A stretch of DNA of 37,910 nucleotides from a virus. Below are positions 14,213 to 22,933 of this stretch, piece after piece. How positions within the stretch are numbered: position 1 is the first letter of the stretch; every line of letters begins with the position of its first letter. Below the pieces are notes generated by a model, which ran no database searches, was not told where the DNA came from, and saw only the letters and a list, made by a program, of their open reading frames with translations. The stretch is taken from positions 1 through 37,910 of IMG/VR virus record IMGVR_UViG_3300045391_001131. The stretch is one strand, 5' to 3'. Made by a program: the position numbers and the translations under genes.

Positions 14213-16287
14213 TGGCTGGCGCTCCCGCAGTCCCATCGACGGAGCAGAAGCAACACTCAAAGCTCACCGATTATTTCGCCCTCAAAACTGGTCGCGAGTT
14301 TGTCGAGGCCGCTTTCAAGAAAATGGACGACTATCGCTCATTCCTCGAGCGGTCGGGGCGACTTTCCACCTGGAAGCGGGTCTATAAGAACTACTACCTC
14401 GGGGGCCTCGAGAATGCGCGCCTCCGCCAAGGTGGCGACAAGAACCAATTCGTGATGGCGCAGGTGAACCACTTCGCGAACATCCTGGGCCACATGCTCA
14501 ACAACGTCACCATGTCGCGGCCGAACCTCAAGGCTCGCGCGCAGAATGCCGACTTCAAATCGCTCGCCCAGACAAAAGTCGGCGATCAGGTCCTTGAATA
14601 TTTCCTCGGCGAAAAAGACATGGAGGACCGCACGAAGGATACGGCCGAGCTTTCGCTGCTCTTCGGCGATGCAGAGCTCATGGAACTTTGGGACGCGCTC
14701 GCTGGCGAAGACGCAGCGGCCGATGTGGACCCCGAAACAGGGGAGCCGACGGGTGCGGTGCAGAAGCAGGGCGACGTCATCTTTGATTCTTTCGCGCCAA
14801 TGGACGTGATCAAAGATCACACCATGGGCTCGCCTATCTCGTGCAACTGGAAGATTGTGCGGAAGATGACGAACCGCTGGGATCTGGCCGCAAAGTACCC
14901 TCAATACGAGACGGAGATTCTCCAGACCTCGAGCTCGCCGTCCAATATGCGCCGTCAGCGAATCGGCCACGCAACTTTTGAACCCGACGAAGATCAGATT
15001 TGGCTCTACACGTTCATCCACCTCAAAACGCCAGCTCTTCCGGATGGCCGCCTCGTTCAGTTCATAGACAACTCAGACGTTATCCTGATCGATTCGCCGC
15101 TTCCGCACAAAAAGATTTTGCACCGCATCGCGCCGCGGGAGCAGCATGGGACGGTTTTCGGTTACACCCTCGCCTACGACCTTCTGCCGATCCAAGAAAA
15201 CCTGAACATGCTCTACTCGATCATCGCCTCCAACCAAGCGATGTTCGGCGTTCAATCGCTCCTTGTGGCGAAGGGGTCCGGGATCGAATACTCCGCGCTT
15301 CAGGGCGGACTAAAGATCGTCGAGTACGACGCCAAGCCCGGCGTGGACACGAAACCTTCCGTTCTGCAGCTCACCTCAACCCCGGCCGAAATTTTCAAAC
15401 ACATCGACCATCTGATCATGCAGATGGAAACGATCTCTGGCGTGAACTCTGTCGTGCGAGGCCAGCCGGAGGCGTCACTCGAATCGGGAGCGGCCCTGGC
15501 ACTTGTTGCCTCGCAGTCTTTGCAGTTCATGTCGAGCTTCCAGCAGGCGTACACACGGCTACTTGAATCATCTGGTACTGGCTTGCTGGACATTTTGAAG
15601 AACTACGCGAAGGCCCCCCGCCTCATCTCGATCGTCGGAAAGAACAATGTGCAGTACCTGCCGGAATTCGTCGGCGACGACATCTCGCTCATCGACCGCG
15701 TGACGGCTGAGGTAAACAATCCGCTCGCGCGCACCACATCAGGCAAACTCCAGATCGCGCAGGACCTCATCACGAAGGGCAAAATCACCCCGGACCAATA
15801 CCTGCAGATCCTCGAGACGGGCTCCCTTGAGCAAGCCATTGAAGGCCAGTCTTCCCAGCTCATGTTGATCAAAGAAGAAAACGAGCGCCTGATGAAAGGC
15901 GAGGAAGTCCCGGCGCTCCGCACTGACCTGCACATGACGCACATCTCCGAACACGCTGCGGTCCTTGCCAACATCGACGCGCGCTTCAAGCCGGAGATCG
16001 TGAATGCGGTCGACGCACACATCAGGCAGCACGAGCAGCTCCTGATGCAGCTCACGCCGATCTTGGCCGGAGCGACGAATCAGCCGGTGCTCAATACGGG
16101 CGCACCCCCTACTGGTGGTGGACCTGGTGCTGGTGCAGGCGCACCACCACCTGCGGGCGGAGGAGCACTCAACGTTATCAACCCTGAGAATCCAGTGCAG
16201 GGAGCAGCCAACGCTGTCAAGCAGCCCGCTATGCCGAAAAACCCGCTAGGCGGCCAGCCGTTTAACGCGACTACAGGAGGGATGTAA
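14212..16287 (+). CDS. Portal protein (putative)
   Basis: 691 aa, downstream of the terL module. Size and position are typical for a portal. The C-terminal ~70 aa are G/P/A-rich and low-complexity. Confidence 0.75.
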   Translation: MAGAPAVPSTEQKQHSKLTDYFALKTGREFVEAAFKKMDDYRSFLERSGRLSTWKRVYKNYYLGGLENARLRQGGDKNQFVMAQVNHFANILGHMLNNVTMSRPNLKARAQNADFKSLAQTKVGDQVLEYFLGEKDMEDRTKDTAELSLLFGDAELMELWDALAGEDAAADVDPETGEPTGAVQKQGDVIFDSFAPMDVIKDHTMGSPISCNWKIVRKMTNRWDLAAKYPQYETEILQTSSSPSNMRRQRIGHATFEPDEDQIWLYTFIHLKTPALPDGRLVQFIDNSDVILIDSPLPHKKILHRIAPREQHGTVFGYTLAYDLLPIQENLNMLYSIIASNQAMFGVQSLLVAKGSGIEYSALQGGLKIVEYDAKPGVDTKPSVLQLTSTPAEIFKHIDHLIMQMETISGVNSVVRGQPEASLESGAALALVASQSLQFMSSFQQAYTRLLESSGTGLLDILKNYAKAPRLISIVGKNNVQYLPEFVGDDISLIDRVTAEVNNPLARTTSGKLQIAQDLITKGKITPDQYLQILETGSLEQAIEGQSSQLMLIKEENERLMKGEEVPALRTDLHMTHISEHAAVLANIDARFKPEIVNAVDAHIRQHEQLLMQLTPILAGATNQPVLNTGAPPTGGGPGAGAGAPPPAGGGALNVINPENPVQGAANAVKQPAMPKNPLGGQPFNATTGGM

Positions 16288-17697
16288 ATGAAACGTATGC
16301 TCGCCGTCCTCGCCACACTCGCCGGGGTTGCAGTGGCCGCATGGGCGGCTCGCACGGTCTATACGGGACCCCTCGTCCATGAATCGGGATTGGCCTACGA
16401 CAAAAATTACACTCTCAACACGACGAACCACGGGATTTCTTCTCTCTCCGCGACGGCCTCATATTCCAGCGCTACCGTGGCTGCGCAAACCTTTACCGAT
16501 GGGCAGGTCTCAACTGGCTCTATTACCGTCACTTCGAATTCGAACCTGGCGGGCAAGCAGGGCACCAATACTCTAACGGTGTTATCGACCAGCGGGCTCA
16601 CCGGCTCATTTATTCTTCTGGATGGAGTCCGGCTTACCAATAGTGTGCATTGGTATACGGGAGTATCGACCAATACAACGGCGACTTCCATAAAAAATGC
16701 GATCAACACGTATGCGCCCCAATTTACTGCAACCGCTTTGGGGAATGTCGTCACCATTACCTGTGGCAGTTCCGGAACGTGGTGTAACACCATCTCGCTT
16801 TCCGTAGTTGGCACGTCGTCGATTACAGCCGGCGCCGCAACATTTTCGGGAGGAATCGACAATTCATTTTTGGCCATCAACGGAGTTTCGCTTGTCCAGG
16901 GGTCCGGATCTGGCCAGTGGGCGGTAGGCGCATCCAGCGCTGCAACGGCAAACAATATCGCAACGCTCATCAATGCGAACACGAGCCTAAACTCGATTGT
17001 TATTGCAACTGCCCCGGTTGTCTGTGGCCTCACCAATCCCTGCGGAGTCGTGAAGGTTACGTCAAGCGGCGTCGGCACGACGACAAATTACAGCCTTTAC
17101 TCTTCAAGTAATTCGCAGCTCACCCTCTCAAGTCCAGTGACCGTTGACTCAAGCGGTCGCGGAACCTCCGCACTCTACGGAGGAGTCAATGCCTCGTGGA
17201 CGCTAAATGGGAAAGACATAACTATCACAAACAACCCCTTTTACGCGAAGAACGTTGCAAATGGGCAGGCTTCGATGGTTGCCCTTCCGGTGCTCTATTC
17301 GACTGGATCGGTTGCTATTGGCGGGCTGACGAACCAGACGACCTACTATGTTATCCCCGTCGACGTTAATACCATTCGCTTGGCTTCTAATTCCGCAAAC
17401 GCTCAAGCCGGGACTGCAATCACCCTGACATCGAGCGGGACTCCAACGGCTGCGCATACCTACACGCTCACGCCTCTGCCGATCGCGGGCACGGTAAGTA
17501 TGAAATGGCAAGTTTCGAACGATGGCACAACTTGGACTGATCTTTCGACCCCGAGCGTTACGTTTGGCTTGCCATATACTGCAAGCTCAACCTCATGGGA
17601 TTTTAACGGTTCGATCTACCAATACTACCGACTGAGTGTGACGGCACCTACGCAGGGAGGGCTGGCCCTCGTCGTGACGATAAACGGCTCGAATTAG
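16288..17697 (+). CDS. Signal-peptide-bearing S/T/N/G-rich beta-protein with internal repeats (fibre/adhesin-like)
   Basis: 469 aa. ATG directly after the portal TAA, SD GGAGGG. N-terminus MKRMLAVLATLAGVAVAAWA/AR. Two copies of a ~70-aa unit also occur in ORF 22385..22924. The C-terminal GLTNQTTYYVIPVDVNTIRLASNSANAQAGTAITLTSSG is a fibre-like motif. Confidence 0.6.
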   Translation: MKRMLAVLATLAGVAVAAWAARTVYTGPLVHESGLAYDKNYTLNTTNHGISSLSATASYSSATVAAQTFTDGQVSTGSITVTSNSNLAGKQGTNTLTVLSTSGLTGSFILLDGVRLTNSVHWYTGVSTNTTATSIKNAINTYAPQFTATALGNVVTITCGSSGTWCNTISLSVVGTSSITAGAATFSGGIDNSFLAINGVSLVQGSGSGQWAVGASSAATANNIATLINANTSLNSIVIATAPVVCGLTNPCGVVKVTSSGVGTTTNYSLYSSSNSQLTLSSPVTVDSSGRGTSALYGGVNASWTLNGKDITITNNPFYAKNVANGQASMVALPVLYSTGSVAIGGLTNQTTYYVIPVDVNTIRLASNSANAQAGTAITLTSSGTPTAAHTYTLTPLPIAGTVSMKWQVSNDGTTWTDLSTPSVTFGLPYTASSTSWDFNGSIYQYYRLSVTAPTQGGLALVVTINGSN

Positions 17698-17705
17698 GAG
17701 GGGCT

Positions 17706-18191
17706 ATGCAAAAGAAATGGCTGTTTATCTTTCTAGTCGTCTTGGCTAAAGGAGCGTCGGCTTCGTCAATCACGCAGCCCGTATCGATCGCCGCTATTCA
17801 GACTTCAGCAGCGGCGACGCCAATATCGGTCTCGGTATCGACGACGGTCGTCAATTCTGACGGATCGTTCGCGGTATGCGTGTCGACTTGGGCCAATGTA
17901 GCGGCGTCGCAAACCGATCAGATACTTGTTCAGGCGGTCGCCGGAAAATCGATCCGCATCATGGGCGCGAAAGTGATCTGCGGGTCGACGGCGACGGCGA
18001 TTACGTTTAACAGCAAAGGCTCGGGGGCGGGCACGGCAATCGGGCCGACTGATTCGAATGCTGCGAACGGCGGTTATATTCTTCCGCCATTCAACCTTGG
18101 ATGGTCACAAACCAATAGCGGCGAAGCGCTATCGGTCACTACCGGGGCCGGCTCGACCACATCGGTTCGGCTCGCCTACTGTCTCTTCTAG
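17706..18191 (+). CDS. Signal-peptide-bearing small beta-protein (161 aa)
   Basis: SD GGAGGGG. N-terminus MQKKWLFIFLVVLAKGASA/SS. Confidence 0.6.
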   Translation: MQKKWLFIFLVVLAKGASASSITQPVSIAAIQTSAAATPISVSVSTTVVNSDGSFAVCVSTWANVAASQTDQILVQAVAGKSIRIMGAKVICGSTATAITFNSKGSGAGTAIGPTDSNAANGGYILPPFNLGWSQTNSGEALSVTTGAGSTTSVRLAYCLF

Positions 18192-18200
18192 GAGGACACC

Positions 18201-18476
18201 ATGAAATACCTTCTTGCAGCGCTGTTGCTCGCGACGCCAGCCTTCGCCGAGACGCTCTATAAAGTCGACAGCCAAGGAAACGGGAATTACCTGCTGCATT
18301 ACAAGGTGACCACGACCACCATAGACGGCAATACGGTGGAAACGGAATCGAAAACGATCCAAGCGACTCGTGCGGGGTTGCAGTCGGATATTGACTATTG
18401 GAACGCCCAGATTTCAAATGCGCAGGCCCATATCGCCGCGGATCAAACGGCCATCACGCAAATTGACGCGCAATGA
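18201..18476 (+). CDS. Signal-peptide-bearing small protein (91 aa)
   Basis: SD GGAGGA. N-terminus MKYLLAALLLATPAFA/ET. C-terminal helical Q/A-rich tail. Confidence 0.6.
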   Translation: MKYLLAALLLATPAFAETLYKVDSQGNGNYLLHYKVTTTTIDGNTVETESKTIQATRAGLQSDIDYWNAQISNAQAHIAADQTAITQIDAQ

Positions 18477-19750
18477 GCCACGTCGTCCGCATAGCGATTC
18501 TAGTCGGTCTCGCCTTCTCAAGCGCCTTGGCGATGGAGACGCCGCTATTCATGTATACCTCGTCGGCTTTCACGTCGAGTCTGTCATACAACCCGGTCAT
18601 GAACCCCTTTTCCGGATGGAGCGGTAGCGAGACCACGCGTCAAAATCTCGTGCCGGGCTCGGGCGTGATTCACGGTCTGCAGTTCATGACCATCAACGCG
18701 CCTGGCGCTGGACAGACCTACACGATAACCTTGCGAGTCAACAGCAACGACACGCCGATCACCTGCACGATCGCCGATTCAAACATGTCTTGCACCGACA
18801 CGGTCCACATTGCGACCGTGACGGCTGGCGATCTGATCAGCTATTCGGCCGTGGCCTCGGCTTCGGCCGGAAGCAGCGGGAGTAATTTTGCCTCCATACT
18901 CTTAAACCCCGGCAGCAAGGGCATTTCCTACCTCGTAGGCACTCAAAATGCGGCCGGTGTTCCGAATTCATCCACGAGCTATTTGCCGGTCCAGGCGATT
19001 AGTCAAGCGGCGATCGCCGACTATAACGCAGCGGCGGGCCTGGTCGCGGCACCAGGTCGGATCTCGAATTTTTACATCAACATGTCGGGCACTCCGGGCA
19101 GCGGGAAAAGTTATACGTTCACGTACATGAAAAATAACGTGGCGCAAAGCCTGACTTGCACGATCAGCGACAGCAATACGACGTGCAATGACACCAACGC
19201 CGCGCATTCATTCACAGTCGTCCCTGGAGATGATCTGGCGCTCCAGGTTGTGCCCTCTGGTACGCCGAGCAGCGGCCGCGTGACGCGCTTCGCATCGGTG
19301 TTTCAACCGAACGTGGACGGCACCAATTTGGTGATCTCCGCGTCCTCGTCGACATTTACGCCCGGCTCAACCCGCTATTTCACGCCGACGGGCTCGACAA
19401 CGGGAAACAATACGGTATGGTCGCTCGTCGAAGCCGGCCGGCAAGCGATCGGCATCGCCGGCGTGATCGGGAACTTTTACGCCAAAACAAGCGGCGCACC
19501 AGGAGCTGGGGAATCCTTCGTCTTTAATTTCCGGCAAAACGGCGTGACGCAAACGATTGGGACGACGATCGCCAATACGAGTACCTCGGGTAGCGACCTG
19601 ACCGATTTCCTGCCGCTCTACAATGGGGACTATTTCGCGTTACAGCTTATCGCATCCGCTGGCGTTCCATCGACGGTCTACGGCCGGTTTGGTTTTACCT
19701 ACAGCATTCCTCCGCCGACGTTGCGATCGATGACGGGCGTCGGCCAATAG
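18473..19750 (+). CDS. Signal-peptide-bearing protein made of three tandem ~120-130-aa beta-domains
   Basis: 425 aa, ATGA-coupled. N-terminus MSHVVRIAILVGLAFSSALA/ME. Three repeats share G.I.nFy....PG.G.sytFt..., and repeats 1-2 carry a conserved Cys pair CTI(A/S)DSN..C.D. Confidence 0.6.
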   Translation: MSHVVRIAILVGLAFSSALAMETPLFMYTSSAFTSSLSYNPVMNPFSGWSGSETTRQNLVPGSGVIHGLQFMTINAPGAGQTYTITLRVNSNDTPITCTIADSNMSCTDTVHIATVTAGDLISYSAVASASAGSSGSNFASILLNPGSKGISYLVGTQNAAGVPNSSTSYLPVQAISQAAIADYNAAAGLVAAPGRISNFYINMSGTPGSGKSYTFTYMKNNVAQSLTCTISDSNTTCNDTNAAHSFTVVPGDDLALQVVPSGTPSSGRVTRFASVFQPNVDGTNLVISASSSTFTPGSTRYFTPTGSTTGNNTVWSLVEAGRQAIGIAGVIGNFYAKTSGAPGAGESFVFNFRQNGVTQTIGTTIANTSTSGSDLTDFLPLYNGDYFALQLIASAGVPSTVYGRFGFTYSIPPPTLRSMTGVGQ

Positions 19751-19842
19751 GAGAAGCCATGGAAAGCAGTTGGAGAAAGCCTGAAGCCAAAATGGTGACA
19801 CCATTGAGGTGTCTGCTTGGCGTAGGTCAATAAGGAGAATTT

Positions 19843-20850
19843 ATGGCTCAACCAGTACCTGTCGAAAATTCAGCATCAAACGCTTTGGAGAAACCAGCGG
19901 CAAATGAGACGAAGCAGCCTAAGAGTGGGGCGAACCTCACCGCTCCTGAAACGAAAGGAGCTGCGGCTGAGACGAAGCCGCCCGTTCCCGAGGCGCCAGC
20001 GAAGCCTGCGAACGCACTCGAAGCCGAACTAGCCGCCCAACTTGGCGAAGACTGGAACAAGCTCCCACAGAAGGCGAAGGACCGCATGATCGCGGCGGAG
20101 ATGAAGTCGCGGGAAGCCGACAAGCGAATGCAGCTTGCCGCCAAGCTCAAAAAAGACTTGGACATGACGAACGCCCAGGTTGGCCAGCTCATCGCTGCTC
20201 TGCGCCAGGACCCCTGGAAGGTGCTCTCAAACCCTGCTCTTGGACATGATGTCCGGAAGCTCGCCGAAGAGTACGTCTGGCAGATGATCCAAGAGCAGCG
20301 CATGACCCCAGAGCAGCGCGAGGCCATGCAGGCCAAGATGGAACTGCAGGAACTCAAGGCACAGCAGGAGAAAGCGAAAAAGGATCAGGAGCAGCGCGAG
20401 ATGGACGCTTTAATCGCGCAGCGGCGACAATACTGGGAAAAGTCGATCTCAGAAGCCATCGACGAGGCGAAGTTGCCAAAAACCTCATACACGGTCCGGA
20501 GGTTCGCCGACTATATCCGTGCTGCGGCACGGTCACGGCAACCGGCCGACATGCCCGCGATCGCCGCACAGATTCGACAGGAACTCGTCGACCTTCAGTC
20601 GCGGTTCCTTTTGCCTCCGAAGCGCGAAGGCGAAACGGACGATATGTACGAAGAGCGTGTGCTCTCTTCGGCGCCGAACGATTTCATCAAGCTGCTCCGT
20701 AAAGCGGACCTGAAGAAGCTCCGCGCAAGCGGCAAGCTGCCGAAACCCGGGCCGAAGTCCGGGACTGGGCCAGTTGCCCCGCAAGGGCAGAAGAAGATGA
20801 GCATGTCCGAGTGGCTGAATACACGCGATCAGCGACTCGGTCGGAAGTAG
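19843..20850 (+). CDS. Scaffolding protein (putative)
   Basis: 335 aa. SD AAGGAG. Highly charged, helical, A/E/K/Q-rich. Lies immediately upstream of the capsid candidate. Confidence 0.6.
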   Translation: MAQPVPVENSASNALEKPAANETKQPKSGANLTAPETKGAAAETKPPVPEAPAKPANALEAELAAQLGEDWNKLPQKAKDRMIAAEMKSREADKRMQLAAKLKKDLDMTNAQVGQLIAALRQDPWKVLSNPALGHDVRKLAEEYVWQMIQEQRMTPEQREAMQAKMELQELKAQQEKAKKDQEQREMDALIAQRRQYWEKSISEAIDEAKLPKTSYTVRRFADYIRAAARSRQPADMPAIAAQIRQELVDLQSRFLLPPKREGETDDMYEERVLSSAPNDFIKLLRKADLKKLRASGKLPKPGPKSGTGPVAPQGQKKMSMSEWLNTRDQRLGRK

Positions 20851-20995
20851 ATTTTTCGGGCGAGCAACCGGCACAGCCGTCTCTACCCGAACACGTAGTA
20901 CCGGATGAGCAACCGCGAAAGCGCCTCTGCCCGTTGAGATAGCCGTACGGACGTGCCGTGTGGGGCCTCCGAAATAATCTAAAGGAGATTCACCC

Positions 20996-22300
20996 ATGGC
21001 AGCCGCAGATACACTAACCACTCTCAATGGGCTGACGAAGGAACGCTACGCCGACGGCGTCGTAAACGTTGTGCCCGATCAGGACAAAGTCCTGAAAATG
21101 ACGAAGTTTTCCCAGAAGGACCGCATCGGCGCGCACTACAACCAGCCCGTCATTCTGTCGAACGAGCAAGGCATCACGTTCGGCAACTCGTCCAGCACCC
21201 TTCCGCTCTCGCTGAACAACAGCGTGGCGATGACCATGCAGAACGCTCAGCTCCAGTCGATGTTCTTCGCCCTTCGCGGACAGATCGGCGTCGATGCGAT
21301 CGTCAGAACGGCTTCCAAAGATCAAGCGATCGAGGACGCCTTGGAACTGCTCGTGACCAACATGGTCGAGTCGGAAACCGCTTACATCGAATCCGAACTG
21401 CTCTATGGTTCAGTCGGCATCGGTTCCACCGGGACCGCCGCCTTCACGAACAACAGCGCGACCTCGGAAACGGTGCCAGTCCAGGACATGGCGGCTGGCC
21501 TCTTCGCTGGCAAGGAGAATGCCACGATCCAGTTCTACAACAGTACCTCGCTGGTGTCGTCCGGATCGGATTCGGTGTTCACCATCTCGGCGATAAGCTA
21601 TAATGCGACAACCCCGAGCTCCTCGACCATTACGGTTACCGGGACTTCGACCGGCATCACGGCGCTAAACGCGCTCTCTGGAACGAACCTCACGATCTAC
21701 TGGAACGGCGCCTATGGAATCGAATTCCCGGGGATCGCGGCGGTTGCTTCCGCCGGAACGTCGCCCATCACAACGCTCTACGGCATCACCTGCGCGAACT
21801 ACAGCCTATGGAACGGGAACGTCTTCTCCTGTAACAGTGCGCCGCTGACCTTCGGTAAGGTTCAAGAAGGCGTTGGTGTTGCCGTCGCAAAGGGCCTCAT
21901 GGGGAAAGCACACCTGCTCGTCAGCCCGCCCACCTGGGCGAACCTGCTGAACGACCAGGCCGGCCTGCGCCGCTATACGGGCGACGGTTCCGCGAAGTTC
22001 TCCAACGGGGCCGAAGAGATCGAATATTCGAGCTCGAACGGCGCTCTGGTTATCGTTCCCCACCCGTACGTAAAGACCAATCAGGCACACCTTGTCCCTG
22101 ACTTGGCCGGTCGCTGGAAGAGAATCGGCTCGGTTGAGCTCGCATTCAATCCCGGCGTCGAAGACCCTGACAAATACTTCGTCATGCTGCAGAACTCCCT
22201 CGGGTATGAGACCCGGCTCGTGAGCGATACCTCGCTCTTCATCGAGACGGCCCCGGCCCGCTGCGTGCAGTTCACCAGCATCACGAACACGACTAACTAA
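20996..22300 (+). CDS. Major capsid protein (putative)
   Basis: 434 aa. Strong SD AAGGAG. Follows the scaffold-like gene after a 145-nt leader. Assignment by position and size, not by motif. Confidence 0.65.
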   Translation: MAAADTLTTLNGLTKERYADGVVNVVPDQDKVLKMTKFSQKDRIGAHYNQPVILSNEQGITFGNSSSTLPLSLNNSVAMTMQNAQLQSMFFALRGQIGVDAIVRTASKDQAIEDALELLVTNMVESETAYIESELLYGSVGIGSTGTAAFTNNSATSETVPVQDMAAGLFAGKENATIQFYNSTSLVSSGSDSVFTISAISYNATTPSSSTITVTGTSTGITALNALSGTNLTIYWNGAYGIEFPGIAAVASAGTSPITTLYGITCANYSLWNGNVFSCNSAPLTFGKVQEGVGVAVAKGLMGKAHLLVSPPTWANLLNDQAGLRRYTGDGSAKFSNGAEEIEYSSSNGALVIVPHPYVKTNQAHLVPDLAGRWKRIGSVELAFNPGVEDPDKYFVMLQNSLGYETRLVSDTSLFIETAPARCVQFTSITNTTN

Positions 22301-22384
22301 GCCTGGCCCGACTCGCCTCCTCTGGGGTTCGCCTTTGGTGGGCTCCAGGGCAGGGCGGGCGGGATTTTTACTTAGGAGAATGCA

Positions 22385-22924
22385 ATGGCCAACAGCGTTT
22401 TTAACATCCTCATCACCACCCAGGATTCGGCTCAGGCAGTCAAAGATAAATTGATTCTTTCGCGGCAATCTCCCACAACTTTGCTCGAAGCGATTGCTCA
22501 ATATTTCCACAGAATGTCAGGCGGTATTACGGCGGCTAAAGTCCAGGTGTCGACGACGGTCGTCCAGGCGAGCGGAACCATTACCTTTTCGTCTTTTGTG
22601 CAGGACGACACCATCACCGTCAATGGAACTCTCTTGACCGGGAAAGATAGCCCGTCGGGCTCGGCGCAATTTCAGACCGGCGCTGGCACCACCGATACGA
22701 CCATTGCGGCTGCGGCTGCTGCTTGCATCAACGCCAATAGCACATTGAATAAGCAGGTCGTGGCGACATCAGCCTCTAACGTCCTCACTGTGACAGCGCT
22801 TGTTCCTGGGGCCTTCGGAAACCTTGGCACCATCGCCATCTCGGCGCACGGGTCCGTTTCTGGCGGCGGTCTTTTGGCATCAGGAGCACAAGACGCAGTA
22901 ACGACCATTTCGCACGGCATCTAA
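22385..22924 (+). CDS. Virion-associated protein (179 aa) sharing a repeat unit with ORF 16288..17697 (head fibre/decoration candidate)
   Basis: SD AGGAG. ITVNGTLLTG...QFQTGAGTTDTTIAAAAAACINANSTLNKQVVATSASNVLTVTALVPGAFGN parallels both repeats of the 469-aa protein. No signal peptide. Confidence 0.5.
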   Translation: MANSVFNILITTQDSAQAVKDKLILSRQSPTTLLEAIAQYFHRMSGGITAAKVQVSTTVVQASGTITFSSFVQDDTITVNGTLLTGKDSPSGSAQFQTGAGTTDTTIAAAAAACINANSTLNKQVVATSASNVLTVTALVPGAFGNLGTIAISAHGSVSGGGLLASGAQDAVTTISHGI

Positions 22925-22933
22925 GGGGGCCTT

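Noticed and set aside
22301-22370. Intrinsic terminator after the capsid gene: a GC-rich segment ending in GGGATTTTT.
   Set aside because: The best pairing I could draw (22307-22325 with 22346-22364) matches only 13 of 19 positions. That is too imperfect to call without a folding calculation.
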